From positions 116,471 through 180,470 of the forward strand of contig PDIP01000007.1 of the NCBI GenBank assembly GCA_002811645.1: DNA of 64,000 nt. Reading direction: 5' to 3'. The notes beneath the pieces are model-generated. The model was not told the origin of the DNA. It searched no databases and was given only the letters and a program-made list of their open reading frames with translations. Shown here piece by piece: positions 42,643 through 54,604 of this stretch (position 1 is the stretch's first letter; each line of letters begins with the position of its first letter). This DNA is from Corallochytrium limacisporum Hawaii (Eukaryota > Protista > Pluriformea). The position numbers and the translations under genes were made by a program.

Positions 42643-45249
42643 TCAAATACGATCGCCAAGTAGCTCAAGAGACGACCGGAGACGATCCGCTTTGTTGTTG
42701 CGTTGCCTGCGCCAAATCACAAGGGCAACAGCGACTGTGCTCAGAGCAATGACGCAACCGACCACGATGAAACCAATAATCAGGGCATTGTTGCCGTCAC
42801 CACTGTTCACCACAGTGTCGAGGTCATCATCTGCACTGTCCGGGAAGTCTACGGAGCGGGTCCAGGACGCAAGGGGGTTAGGGAGCACTTCCTCAGGACC
42901 GGGGCGCCTCTCACCATCACGTGGCGGGTTCTTCCAGTTCCACGTAGTCTGGAAGCCAGTGTTAGTCTGGCCGGTCAGATTGTAGTAGGTGGTGGTGTCA
43001 GGGCCGTACCGTTCAATACTCTCCACCGCGTTGGCGTAGAAGCCGGTGAGACGAAGTCGGCAAGTTCCTTCCTGGCCCGGTATAATGTTCAGGTTGGTGA
43101 TCGTCCCGTCGTCGGCAATGTCCATGGTCGCAGTGGGGTTGCACGCGTACTGGCTCTCGCGCAGCAGGTAATCCTCATACACTTCGGATTGCTTCCAGGA
43201 GCGCAGGGGAAGGCCCATCAATGGATACAAGCGTGCCAAAACGAATGCAATCCAGTAGGTCAGCAAAGAGTGGGGATGGTCAGGGTTGTTGAACAAGGGG
43301 TCCTTGGCCGTCACCACAGAGCAGTTTTCCTCCTCAGTGTCTGGGCCGACAGTCTCGGAGCAGCCCGTCCCGTTGCGGACGCGCAGGTTGGCCTGATGGA
43401 ACTGACTCATATCCAGGAAGTTGAGCATAACCAGACGGCTTACACGGATAGATTCGCGGCGCATGTTCTCGTCATGCGTGAGATAGTGTCCCTCGTTGGC
43501 GAAATAGATGGCCTCGTTATCCTCCACATCAATAGCCTGGAAGTAGACTTCGGCGGGATCACGCTTGTTGACGTACATACCGTCGTGACCATTGCGTTCA
43601 TACGTCGTGCGCCAGCCATGCCACGGGTAGTTGAAGTTGGTGACGCCTGTGGACTTATCATCGACAATGGAGATGATTCCTAATTTGTCCATGGCCCGCA
43701 AGGCGTATCCATTGAAGAGACCGGAAATACGGGGAGTGATGACATGTTCGCTGGAATGGTAGGGGTGATCATCCAAACCGACTGTCCTTTGCACGCGCAT
43801 GCTGATGTCAATCTCCTGGCTGGCATCATGTTCAGTGATGTTATCCATTTCCAAATGTGAGAAGGTGTGCGTGATCCAGTGGAAATACTCCTGGACCTCG
43901 TCAGTCATGGCGTAGTGCCACACAGGGTCAGAGCGGATCCACGTCCGAACATCATTCTCGTCGAATTCCTCCGGGATGGTGTCGTTCCGGTGGTAGACAA
44001 TAGCGGGACCGGGGAACGGTGTGTCGCCGCCGCACAGATTGAACTCGTTGTCACCGGGCTCTTCGCCGTCAATAGGTGCGCGCCAGCCAGCGCAGGGCAT
44101 ATCGCCAATCCACTGCTCCTCCAAAGCTGCATTTTCGTAACGACGCACAAACTGGTAGGAAACATCAGCCTCCTGGAACATACCGTTGTGGTTGTAGCCC
44201 ATCTCGACCTTGAAGTATGAGTTGGGCGGGAGGGCAGGGTTGGCCAGAACCTCCTCCTGGAATTCCCAGACGCGCTTGAGATCGTAGCGAGTGGAACGAT
44301 ACAGCAGACTGGGACGAGTGAAGGACTGGGAGCGGAGGAACAAGTCATCAATCTGTACACCAAGGTGCAGACGGCGAGAACCTAAAAAGGCGCCCTTGGT
44401 GACCCAGTCAATGGTGTAGTGGTGGAGGGCCAGGGTTGAGCTGTAGATCAGCCAACCGACACCCATGAAGTTGCTCATGATCTCGCTCTTACCATCGTTG
44501 AAGACGGAAACCAAGACGGTTTCCGGGTAATCTTTGTAGGCATCGAATGTAACGACAGCCTGTACCTGACGCGTCTCCTGTGGGTCATCGATTGCAGCGG
44601 GGTTATAGAACGGCACCGTACCGTCCATAGAGTCATCGGGGCCAAAGTCAAAAACGGCACTGTCGCCAAGGACGTAGTTGAGTGCCTGGCCTTCCTCAGA
44701 GAGGCGGGCAACAGACGGACAGTCGCGGATGGTGATGGTTTCATTGTAAGTGTTAAAGTATTCGCGGTTCGGACAGTCACCATTCTCAGTTCCCGCATAG
44801 GAGTAGTCTGTCATCAGCACTTCAGGCCGGGGAAAGACACCAATTTCCAGACGGCGCACGTTAAACTCCTCTTCGTACGCCTTCAGTTCTTCCAGCTGAT
44901 CGTCTCTCAAGGCTTCGGCCCAGCCATCCTCAAATGGATAAGTGGCAGGCTGTCGGATGATGGCACTGTACCGTCCATGGTTGGGGTCATCTGGGTACCG
45001 CAGGTTCAGATCAACAGAGGGGCTACTGTCACGGTTTTCCCTGCCGATGTAGAGAGTGTCAAAAGCCACATTCATCCCCATCAACAACTCAGCATCATAA
45101 AGACGTGGATTGTCAAGTGGGTTTTCCTCTGCATCAAGAGCCACTCCTCCGGTAATCACCAAGACGCGCAAGTCAAGTTTCTTCTCTGCAGACACTGTCC
45201 ATGCCAGCACGGACAGCACCAAAAGAAGTACTCGCGAATGGTACTTCAT
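42643..45249 (-). CDS. Agd3-like (CE18) polysaccharide deacetylase, type I membrane-anchored
   Basis: Signal peptide; WVTKG.FLG.RR..LG.QIDDLFL, FHWITHTFSH..MDN, ITPRISGLFNG.AL and FHQANLR match Agd3-family motifs as I recall them. C-terminal TM followed by RRQR. Confidence 0.8.
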   Translation of the reverse strand: MKYHSRVLLLVLSVLAWTVSAEKKLDLRVLVITGGVALDAEENPLDNPRLYDAELLMGMNVAFDTLYIGRENRDSSPSVDLNLRYPDDPNHGRYSAIIRQPATYPFEDGWAEALRDDQLEELKAYEEEFNVRRLEIGVFPRPEVLMTDYSYAGTENGDCPNREYFNTYNETITIRDCPSVARLSEEGQALNYVLGDSAVFDFGPDDSMDGTVPFYNPAAIDDPQETRQVQAVVTFDAYKDYPETVLVSVFNDGKSEIMSNFMGVGWLIYSSTLALHHYTIDWVTKGAFLGSRRLHLGVQIDDLFLRSQSFTRPSLLYRSTRYDLKRVWEFQEEVLANPALPPNSYFKVEMGYNHNGMFQEADVSYQFVRRYENAALEEQWIGDMPCAGWRAPIDGEEPGDNEFNLCGGDTPFPGPAIVYHRNDTIPEEFDENDVRTWIRSDPVWHYAMTDEVQEYFHWITHTFSHLEMDNITEHDASQEIDISMRVQRTVGLDDHPYHSSEHVITPRISGLFNGYALRAMDKLGIISIVDDKSTGVTNFNYPWHGWRTTYERNGHDGMYVNKRDPAEVYFQAIDVEDNEAIYFANEGHYLTHDENMRRESIRVSRLVMLNFLDMSQFHQANLRVRNGTGCSETVGPDTEEENCSVVTAKDPLFNNPDHPHSLLTYWIAFVLARLYPLMGLPLRSWKQSEVYEDYLLRESQYACNPTATMDIADDGTITNLNIIPGQEGTCRLRLTGFYANAVESIERYGPDTTTYYNLTGQTNTGFQTTWNWKNPPRDGERRPGPEEVLPNPLASWTRSVDFPDSADDDLDTVVNSGDGNNALIIGFIVVGCVIALSTVAVALVIWRRQRNNKADRLRSSLELLGDRI

Positions 45250-47626
45250 TGTGTTCTGTTGTTCGGTTTGTGTGTGTACGAGCTAAGCTTCCCTATTTAA
45301 AGCAATCTGCCACCGCAGTTTCCCGTTCAAATATAGCTATCTGCTTTGCTGTGCCAGTAAATTAAATCGAACCGTTATCTATTTTCGTTTTTGTGTCCCG
45401 TAGGAAAATCGTATTGAATAATCAAACTTGCTCAGTCAGAAGCCCAGCCAAAGGGGGGAACGAATCTTCTAATACCCACCACACACGTAATGAGCGATGG
45501 CCCAAATGGCTTGTCCTTGGGACCGAACCCAGTCGCGTAAGTGACCGTCAATGAACAAAACCACTTCCTCCATCCCATGTATACGAACACATAATCCTAA
45601 CAAGACAACACAAAACACACCCTTCTCTTCATAACCTAGGACCGCGCGGACAGCTCTCAGAGTGCGCTGATGATGAGCACAATCCATTCAACCATGCACC
45701 CCACTCGTCTGTTCGCTTCCACTCCACCACCCCTTCCCCTTTCCCCCCCCCCCTTCTTTCTTCCTTCTCCCCTTCTCCCTCTTCCCCCGGGGGGCCTCCT
45801 TTGTTCCTTCGTTTCCGTTTGCCACCTTTCTCTTTTTTCCTTTTTTTTTTTTTTTTTGGGGGGTGCGAATCACTTCCCTCCCCCCCCCCCCCCCCCGCGT
45901 GTTTTCCGTGAGGTGTCCCTTGGACACGTCCGAACAGAATTCACAGCACCATTTCTCATATTAAATGTTCGGAATCTCCATGGTTCGTAGGAATACCTCG
46001 GCTCCGAAGGCAACGGAAATGGGCGAGCCCGAGGGGTCGGAAACGAGCGAGGGACCGGAGGGAAGGGGGGGGAAGCAAGTCTGTGCCACCGCGAGAGAAG
46101 AGAAGAACACAGACGAGGGGGGGTTTTTTAAAAAGAGGGAAAGAAGGGATGTGTGGGGCGGGGGCAAGATAGGGGAAGAAACGAAAGTAAAAGTTAAAGC
46201 GGTCTATAGCTCCCGAAGTCAAACAAGTGAGACCCTTTTCCTTTTTCTTTTTCTTCTTTTTGAACAGACAAATAAAACTGTTAGAGCGTTGTGCTGAATA
46301 CCGAGAAGGGGGAAGCGAGTCCGCAATCAAAACAAAAAAATGAAAAAAAAAGCCTCGGAGCTCTGCGGATGAGTCAAACCAATAAAAAAACATCTAAGAA
46401 ACATTACGAAAAACTCTAGCAAAGCCCTGCACGGCCTGGGACGAGAAATCGCCATTGACGTCAGTCCAGTCCAACGGTTTTGATATAAGCTCAAACGCCT
46501 TATTGGGAAGGTTGATCACGATGCAGAACGAACAGACAAGGGACAGGCCCGGACACATACGTCCCGGGGAGGCCTCTGTATGGTAGGCGTAGGGGGTTTC
46601 AGTGTATTTGTTGGGTTCGTTCGACACCGGTTTTGTGGGCCATGGACGATAATCGCCATCTGGCGGTGCCGGCTCACGAGCCGGTTCACTTTTACTTTTG
46701 TCCCTCTTTCTTTTTTTTTTCTTTTTTTTTTACTTTCTAATCGTCCCCCGCTGTTTCAGAGGTTTTCTTGGGGCCGGGTTCCTGCCAGTGTTCCCTCCCC
46801 CCCCGGGGAGGGGGGCCCTGTGCAACCAAGGGCACATTTTCCACTTTGCCCACAGTCACAAAGAAAAAGTTTAAATTTGGCTAAGGATGTGCAGAGACAG
46901 TCTCCCCCCTTGTTTCGTTTTTTTTTTACTTCAATTTTTCCTTTTTCCGGCCCTTTTTTTTTCGTTGGGAGACAAAAATTGTGCGACTTGCCCGTCGGCA
47001 AAAAAAGGACACTCGTAGCTCTCTCCTCTTCCACGCAGCAGCGCACTTTGTTTCTCTTTGCTAATCGCGCGAGAGCTTCCTCTCTCCCGGGCCAACCTTT
47101 CTTTTTTTTGGCGGCCGGTTCATTAGTGGCAGTGACACGTTTAAACCTCTCGCTCGCGCCCCCCCCCTCCCCTGGGGCCACCTTCCTTGTTTGAATGAAC
47201 CATCATTCGACAGGCAAAATTTGCTGTATATTCAGTACCACGCTTACGGACATAATTACGCATGTACCTCGTCTGCCTCTAATCCCCCTCCCCCCTCTCG
47301 GAGACAAATGACCAAGAAAGTTAATAAAATCCCTCCTCCCCACGGTGCCACCCCCCCTCCTGGCCAGCGTGTGCAGCAAACATTTGCAAAAATTACCACC
47401 ATTTCAATTTGCTCTCTCTCTCTCTATCCGTTTTTTTTGCCTTTGGTTTTGTTTTATCCTTGGACTGGCCCCTCCCCAGGTGATTTTCCCTGTACCACTT
47501 GTCCTCCCCTTCCCTTCTCCCTGCCGGCCGTCCTTGCCCAATAGTTTCTCCCCATTCCTTTTATGGTGCGCCCCTCAGAGTTCTGTTTCTCGCCGAGAAA
47601 ACCCAAAAAGCCTCCCCCTCCCCCCC

Positions 47627-47831
47627 NNNNNNNNNNNNNNNNNNNNNNNNNNNNNNNNNNNNNNNNNNNNNNNNNNNNNNNNNNNNNNNNNNNNNNNNNN
47701 NNNNNNNNNNNNNNNNNNNNNNNNNNNNNNNNNNNNNNNNNNNNNNNNNNNNNNNNNNNNNNNNNNNNNNNNNNNNNNNNNNNNNNNNNNNNNNNNNNNN
47801 NNNNNNNNNNNNNNNNNNNNNNNNNNNNNNN
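47627..47831. other. Assembly gap
   Basis: N run flanked by poly-C tracts. Confidence 0.95.
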
Positions 47832-50173
47832 ACCCGCCTGCCCCCCCCCTCTTTCTTTTCTTTTTTTCTTTTCTTGTTGCTCAGTTTCACTGGGTCCACC
47901 TCCCCCACACACAGCCCCAGAACCTTATTGGCAGCACGACCCCATGCTCCTTTGATGCCATACATTTGTTAGTACATATCTTGCGGAACAATCACTTTCA
48001 TTCCAGATCAGTTGGGAGGAGGAGGAGGGGGAGATACGCTGTGCTGCATGTGCTACCGGGTTTTGCTAGATGTATTTTTTTTGATTGTCCGTCCCCCGCC
48101 AAACCCACTGTCTGGGGCACATAGTTCCTCCCCTTTTCCCTATTTCGCTCTAACCCATGGCCGCGACAGACCAACGAAAAAAGCAACCCTTCCCTGTGTG
48201 ATTGTGGCGCGCGAAGTCAAAGAATCTTAATGGATTTGAATAAGAAAACACTTTACACTGCAAGAACATAATTGGCAGTACTGAGACTATGGACAGTATT
48301 GCAACGAGCACCACAACGGCATGGCCCGACCTGCTCAGTTGATGCGGGAAGAACCGGGACGGTGTGTGTCGTCGTTATTTTTTCTCTCTTCCGTTTCTTT
48401 CTTCTTCAGCCCTCCGGGTCATCGGGGGACCACGGATTGTTCTCTCGATCCGAGCGAAATCGGAAGTGGAGGTATATGGGATTACCGGTAGTTTTTGATC
48501 CATACGTTTACTACTGCCCAAGCGCTCACCACCTGGCTACCCACTCCTCCGACCCGGGCCCACACCCCGAGGGAGGGGGGGGCGTTCCGAACTGAGCAGC
48601 GGTCAAAAAAAGGAGGCAAATTGGGCCCAATGGTATAGTGAATGTACCGGCTACCTGATCAGGTAAAGACTAAGCACAATGGGGCAGTCGATAAGGTCAG
48701 GGAACTCCTCAGACGCCTAGCACCCGGAATTGATACTGAATGTAAGGGCCAGTAAGATCGCGCGGAGGACCCCAGGCAATAACAAAAAATTGTGTACTCT
48801 CTCCCAGTGCAAAAACCTCCCACCGGCGGCCAAACCCAGGGAAGGCCCGGAAGGGAGGGAGGAGGGGGGATGGTGGTGGCAGGCCAACAAATGCAGCCCA
48901 ATATTTTGATATCCAAGGCCCTTTTCTGTGTCCAGGTTCGGGCGAAACCGGTATCGAATGTATACGGTTGCCGTGTGCTGACTGTGGACCATTTTTGGAC
49001 ATGGTGCGAATCACCACCGTATTCGACGGGTTCGTACCAGGATCTATCGCTCGCGGGTCAAAACAACAGGCAGAAAAACACACTTGTTCGGGCAAGGAGT
49101 GAGAGGGGTAGGCGTCCCGGACTGGAGTAAAAGTGGGGAGCAGTGGCTTTTAGCTCTTTTATGCACAGCACGTAGGTGTGATAGGCTTGCCCATTCGCTC
49201 AAAACTTTTTTACCGTGGCTTGAAGATTTTTTTCTTTGTTTTCCTCCCGTTCTTTTTATCGGTTGCTTTCGTTCCGCGGCCCCGCTTTCTCCTGCCAAAT
49301 TCTCCAAACGATTACTATACTCGCGCGAATAATGAAACGTCGGAAACAAGCGACTTCGGTCCCGCGGTTCTCGGACGTTGGGTGCCACTTCCATGGAAAT
49401 TCCCTATAATGAATGTACTGAAATGTAGAAGCACAATTGATGAAGAAGGGCCGTGTCTGAGTGCGAGTGTCAGGTCCCCTGACAGCACCGCACAGAGCAA
49501 AAAAGGACCTTCGGCCTCGAAGTGCATGTGGCCATCCCATAGTAAATATATTCGCCAAGAATGGCTAAGAATAGTATAGTGGCACAAGGATCCTATGAGG
49601 CAGGAGCCCAATAAATCAAAGGACAGTCATCGTCACCCAAACGCAGAACAGAAAAAGAAAATACGGAAGAAACCTTTCCACGACGGTGAGATCGCAGAAT
49701 GACGAAAAAGAAAACAAAGAAAAAGGCAATCGGACGAAATTTCATGGGCGCAATTATCACGGACGGGAGCAGACGGCTTTGCCCTAAAGAAAAAAGAAAG
49801 GAAAAAAAGGAAAAAAAAAGAACCCCTCGCAGTTAAAACCAATCTTTCCCGCCATCGCGGGATACCACGCTCATCCAACGCACGATGATCCCCGACAATG
49901 GTTGATAAAATTTGCACATAGCCCATAGTACTACTACTACTACTACTACGAATTTTTGCAGACAGGATGCATGACTGGCGAAATAAGGCGAAATGAAAAA
50001 AAAAGTCAAGAATAAGAACATAAAACGTCCCGCTTTGCCAACACGCGTGATGAATCACAGGGCCCAGGCACGGACAGTCCAGTAACACTTACTAACAGAA
50101 AAAACGAGAAGGCTGTGTGTCTCTGTGTATGTCCCGCGTCTGCGACTGGGTCTGCTGGAAATTTGAGAGAGAG

Positions 50174-50198
50174 GTGTGTGTGTGTGTGTGTGTGTGTG
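50174..50198. repeat. (GT)n microsatellite
   Basis: About 12 GT units. Confidence 0.9.
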
Positions 50199-51328
50199 GG
50201 CCAACGTGCTAGGCCTGATGCGTGTGCGCGCGCTTCATGTACAACCAACAACCCCCGCCTCACACCGGTGCTCTAATACAGAGCTGTACCCAATTTTTTT
50301 TTCTTTCAGTTTCGGGTCGTTGAGCGTGTGTGTTGGTGGGGGGGGGAGTAGGCAAGAGATGAGCACACCGTGAACCCTCCAAAAGGAGGAGGACCCCGAG
50401 GGCGGAAGTAATATCACCCGCGTTATGAGAATTTGTTATTGTTACTCCAGGGTCACGTTTTAGCATTCTTGGACTATGGACGGTGGCCCATCGCGTTGGT
50501 AATGCATGAGCACATGGACGCACCGCACCCCAAGAGCACCAAATCCGTACCACACCGTCGTCAGGAGTACTGAACAACCCATTGTCTCACTATGGATCGG
50601 ACCTCATGACTGCTGTGTATTCCTCATCTTTCGGCACACGAGGTCTTATGTAGCGCACCGGTGTTTTGTTGCGCAGGTGCAAGTGTCCACCAAAAAGCGA
50701 TGAGCGAGAGTTACCATTCATTCAATACCAAACACCAAGCGAGTCTTCTGCCATCAGTGCTCGAGGAGTCCTGTTCCATCGCCCTAAGCTTCTTCCTCAG
50801 AAATGTTTATCCCCAACATCACGGCATCGAGATGTTAGTACATTGTGTAGGGAACAATGCGTTTGATATCATCAACTCCCACATCTTCCCCGTGCGGGTC
50901 ACACATCTACCGTCGGTTGACAGCGCCTGACCGCACCAATAAGCACGCAAATCACTGATCCCTATTTGTGGATACTCCATGTACTACCTATTGTATTTTG
51001 TTTTCTTTTTTTTCTGAGCTCCCACACGCTCTTTATTGATTTGGTTTCAATCTGCCGATGGAAGATAAAGGTACACAAGGACGAGAGAGAAAACACCGAA
51101 GACGGGCCCTCGCCATGAGGCACAACTTCTTCGCCTAAGGTCGGGTCCTCTCGCGTTTTTCCACCAGCTGATAACAAAGCTCTTCTCCCCCTTCCCCCCT
51201 CCCCCCCCCTTTAACCTTCCCGGGGTTCGTTTCGGACCAGCCACCGGACTCACAACACTGCCAGACACACACTGGGCAGTGTTTGTGGTGGTGGCCACCG
51301 AATGGGGTGTCCAAACCCCCAAAAGAAG

Positions 51329-51350
51329 ACACACACACACACACACACAC
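51329..51350. repeat. (AC)n microsatellite
   Basis: 11 AC units. Confidence 0.9.
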
Positions 51351-54060
51351 CAACAAAAACACACACTGCGGCGGCGCTTGTTAGAAACAGCCAGGCAACA
51401 CTATCGGGGAACCAAGTGATTATCTGGCTATATTGTTGTGGCACGCACGCAAAAAAAGACACAAATCGCTCATCGGTTTTTCTTGGTGGTGGTGGTGGTG
51501 GTATGTTGCAGTGTGGATTCGATTTACCGCCGACACGCGCACCACCACGGTTGGCTCGTTTGACGATGATTTCAAGCACCGCTGCCTCCCCCGCCCCCCA
51601 ATCTTTTCCTTTTCCTTAGTTCCTTTCCTTTTGTTTTTCCCTTTTCTTTTTGTTTGTTTTCCTCCACCACCACCGCCACTATTCGCAAGCGGGGGACCTC
51701 CATTTCCCCTCCTTTGGTGACTTGAACAGGCAATGGTTCAGCGGAAACCTACCGGATGCGGGAGCAGGGAGGGTGAGGGAAGCTAGGGAGGGGCTGGGGT
51801 TGGGCCGGGCAAGAAACGCGGGCACAACGTGGAAAAATCGTTCTCCTTCGTCTCTTTTCGGCCATGGGTCCTCGGAAAGAACGTACAAAAGTAGAAGTAA
51901 GGACTAAATTGTATTGGCCATTATGTATGGCCCAATGCTCCCGTCGCTCACGCTCGGCAGGCTGGCGCGCGCCCAAGAATGATTTGGGGAGGAGGGGTTT
52001 GAAAAAAAGGGAATTGGTAGTTCGGTTGGGAAGCGTTCGTGCCCTAAAGGTGGCGGTAAAGAAAAAAAAGGCAGATAATTGGACGGTTTTGGCAAAAAAA
52101 GAAAAGAGAGAAAAACTGACATGTGAACACGAGAGCAAAAACACAATCGGGACCATCATTCGCGTCGTGCGTTAAACTCCAGAGTCAATCGCCATAGCAA
52201 GAACCCCGGTGCTTTTTGATAGTTGTTCCTTTTCTTTTTTCCCCTTGTTACTATATTTTCTCCCCGACGGATTCGAGACCATTTAATGAGCAGGTGGGGA
52301 CATCGCCGGTGGTGGTGGTGGTGGTGGTGGCCGGGTTTTGTACCCCATATATTGTAAACTCATTTTCATTTTTTTTTAGGTTTATGTTTTTTTTTAAGTT
52401 TTATGGTTGTTCCTTGCCTTGGTTTCTGATTAAACCCTCCTTGCAAGGTCGGCGGTGTCCTAGTGCTCCTAAGTTTCCGCAACCTGCCACCCCCTCCTCC
52501 CCCCGGGAGGGGGGGGTCGGGGTTCTTCCCTATTACTGGATGGGTTCAATATTAAATGTTACTAAAACTTCACGGCAGTGGGGAAGCCAAGCGTACGTGT
52601 GTCACACACGAAACCGGCGTTCACTCGAGAGAGGAGGGAGGGGAGGGGGGGGTTGTAATTTGCACCTTTTTCCACCAACCCCAGCAAAGGAATCATTTTT
52701 TTAAACCTTTACTTTTTGTTTTCACAAGAAAAGCTTGACTTTTGTTTTTTGAATTCCTAGCTGTTTTCCTTTTTCTGATTCATAAGACCGGTGTTACGTA
52801 GAGGCCATTCATTTACTAGAGGCTGCGGCTGAATGGCATCACCAAGCGCACCGCACGTCGCAGTAAAATCGAAAACGAAAAAAGGTAAAATGACATGCCA
52901 CGAACCTTACCTCGCGTCGTGCTCCAAGCTCATGTAGTACTCAATGTATTCAAGAGTCCCGAGACAACCCCCCCCCCCGGGGAGTAATTGGCACCAGCGG
53001 TGTACGTTAGGTGTTTCAACCTCGGTGCCTTTCCCGTCAAGGCTCTATGGCCCCAAGCACAGAACCCCGTATTTTTTTTTTCACAGCAGTGCTGCACGTT
53101 CGATGCTAGTGCGCCCCTTCCCTCCTCCCCTCTCCCCCCCCCCACTCCCTCCAACACCCCTGCCTGCCCCGCGGCACTGTCTTGAGCAGAAGCCCCGGTG
53201 GGTGACCTGCTCGCAAGTCATCGGCGGAGGAGATGGTACTGATCATCAATAGGATGATATGTTGTGTTCGGTGGACTGGGGTCTATTAAATACACCACCA
53301 TCCCCTGCCGGGGAAAGGCTAGGAGGTTAACACATCAACCAAAAATGAACATACCGTGGCAATCAAGAACCCAATGGAATCATCTGCACAGGCCCTTCAA
53401 ATGGCCACACTTGTGCCCGTGATATCCCACAGATAGGTTATTTTTCTTTGCCACAGACCCGAAACGTTGCGGGTTTCTGGTTCGTACAGTAAATATTAAA
53501 GTTTAGAAATTAACGACCGAAACTTTCATACATACGGAGGTTATGACGCTCGCAATCGCGTACCCACCCCACACACCCTGGGCCAATGCATGACCCGCTC
53601 TCGCGCGCTTGCTCATCCGTGCGATCCCCGTACAACACAAGTCTCAGGGATCGGCATCAGAAACTGGAGCACCGGGATCCGCAGATGCAACAGTGAATTG
53701 CGGTAGCGCTTGTCAGGCAAGAGGGGCGTCCAGGGAGAAGACAGTGGGAAACTATTGCGAGCACAACGCGTGCGTAACAGCAGAGTGATCTGAACCGACT
53801 ACTGCTGGTATAGGTACACACAAAGCTCTATTTTAGGTAGTACATTAGGTATGGTCAGGCATGATTTAAGTGCTGTGATGTAGGTAGATCGCTTCTGCCT
53901 ATTGATCAGAGGTTGGGACCGCTTAGGCACCACCCGTGGACTCTATGGTCGTAGGACTTGAGATCGATAGAGATTGTCCCAGTATTGAGGAGAGTTCTAC
54001 CACCATTTTGAGATTCTCTTGTCTCTCTTTCTCTCTTTGTGTGTGCATCATGTTTGCACA

Positions 54061-54084
54061 TGTGTGTGTGTGTGTGTGTGTGTG
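54061..54084. repeat. (TG)n microsatellite
   Basis: 12 TG units. Confidence 0.9.
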
Positions 54085-54604
54085 GATAGAATACTTCACA
54101 CCTGAACAAAGATCGAGCATTGCGTCCCGATTATAGCTCCATGTTTGCAAACAGTGGTCCATTCTCGAAAGTTTCAAGTGTTGCGTGGCCATGCAGATGG
54201 TAGCTTGCGTGGAGCAAAGGTTTGACGGTGGGCTAGCTGAGCTGGATGTCCACTGATCAGCGCGCTGGATCCACAAGTTTGACCTTGAAAACTCGGGGCT
54301 CGCGAATCGTAATTCAAAACAGTGACTACATTAGGGTTGCATTTTCTATTAAGAACCAAGGTCAGCGAGGCGCCCGTAGGGATTGCCGTTCAGTCTCCTG
54401 GGCTTGTGTGGAGGAGCTCTCGCGAAGGCGGGTCACTCGTTGAACTGGGCCCAGCCGGTGGATGTCATGCCAAAGTTCCACCAACTCTTCCTTGGTATTT
54501 GTAGGGTTGATATCGGACCTACAGGTATGCTTGATTGCTACGTTGGGTTTAGATCCGATATCGGGGAGAGGCCAGTTACAGGAGACAACACAGCTGCTAC
54601 AGAG

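Noticed and set aside
42703-43683. 326-aa + strand ORF, and 41509-42342 on the minus strand
   Set aside because: Antisense shadows of the Agd3-like and Mga2-like genes.
45450-53300. Numerous 60-260 aa ORFs rich in F, K, P and G
   Set aside because: Translations of homopolymer tracts or ORFs running through N gaps.
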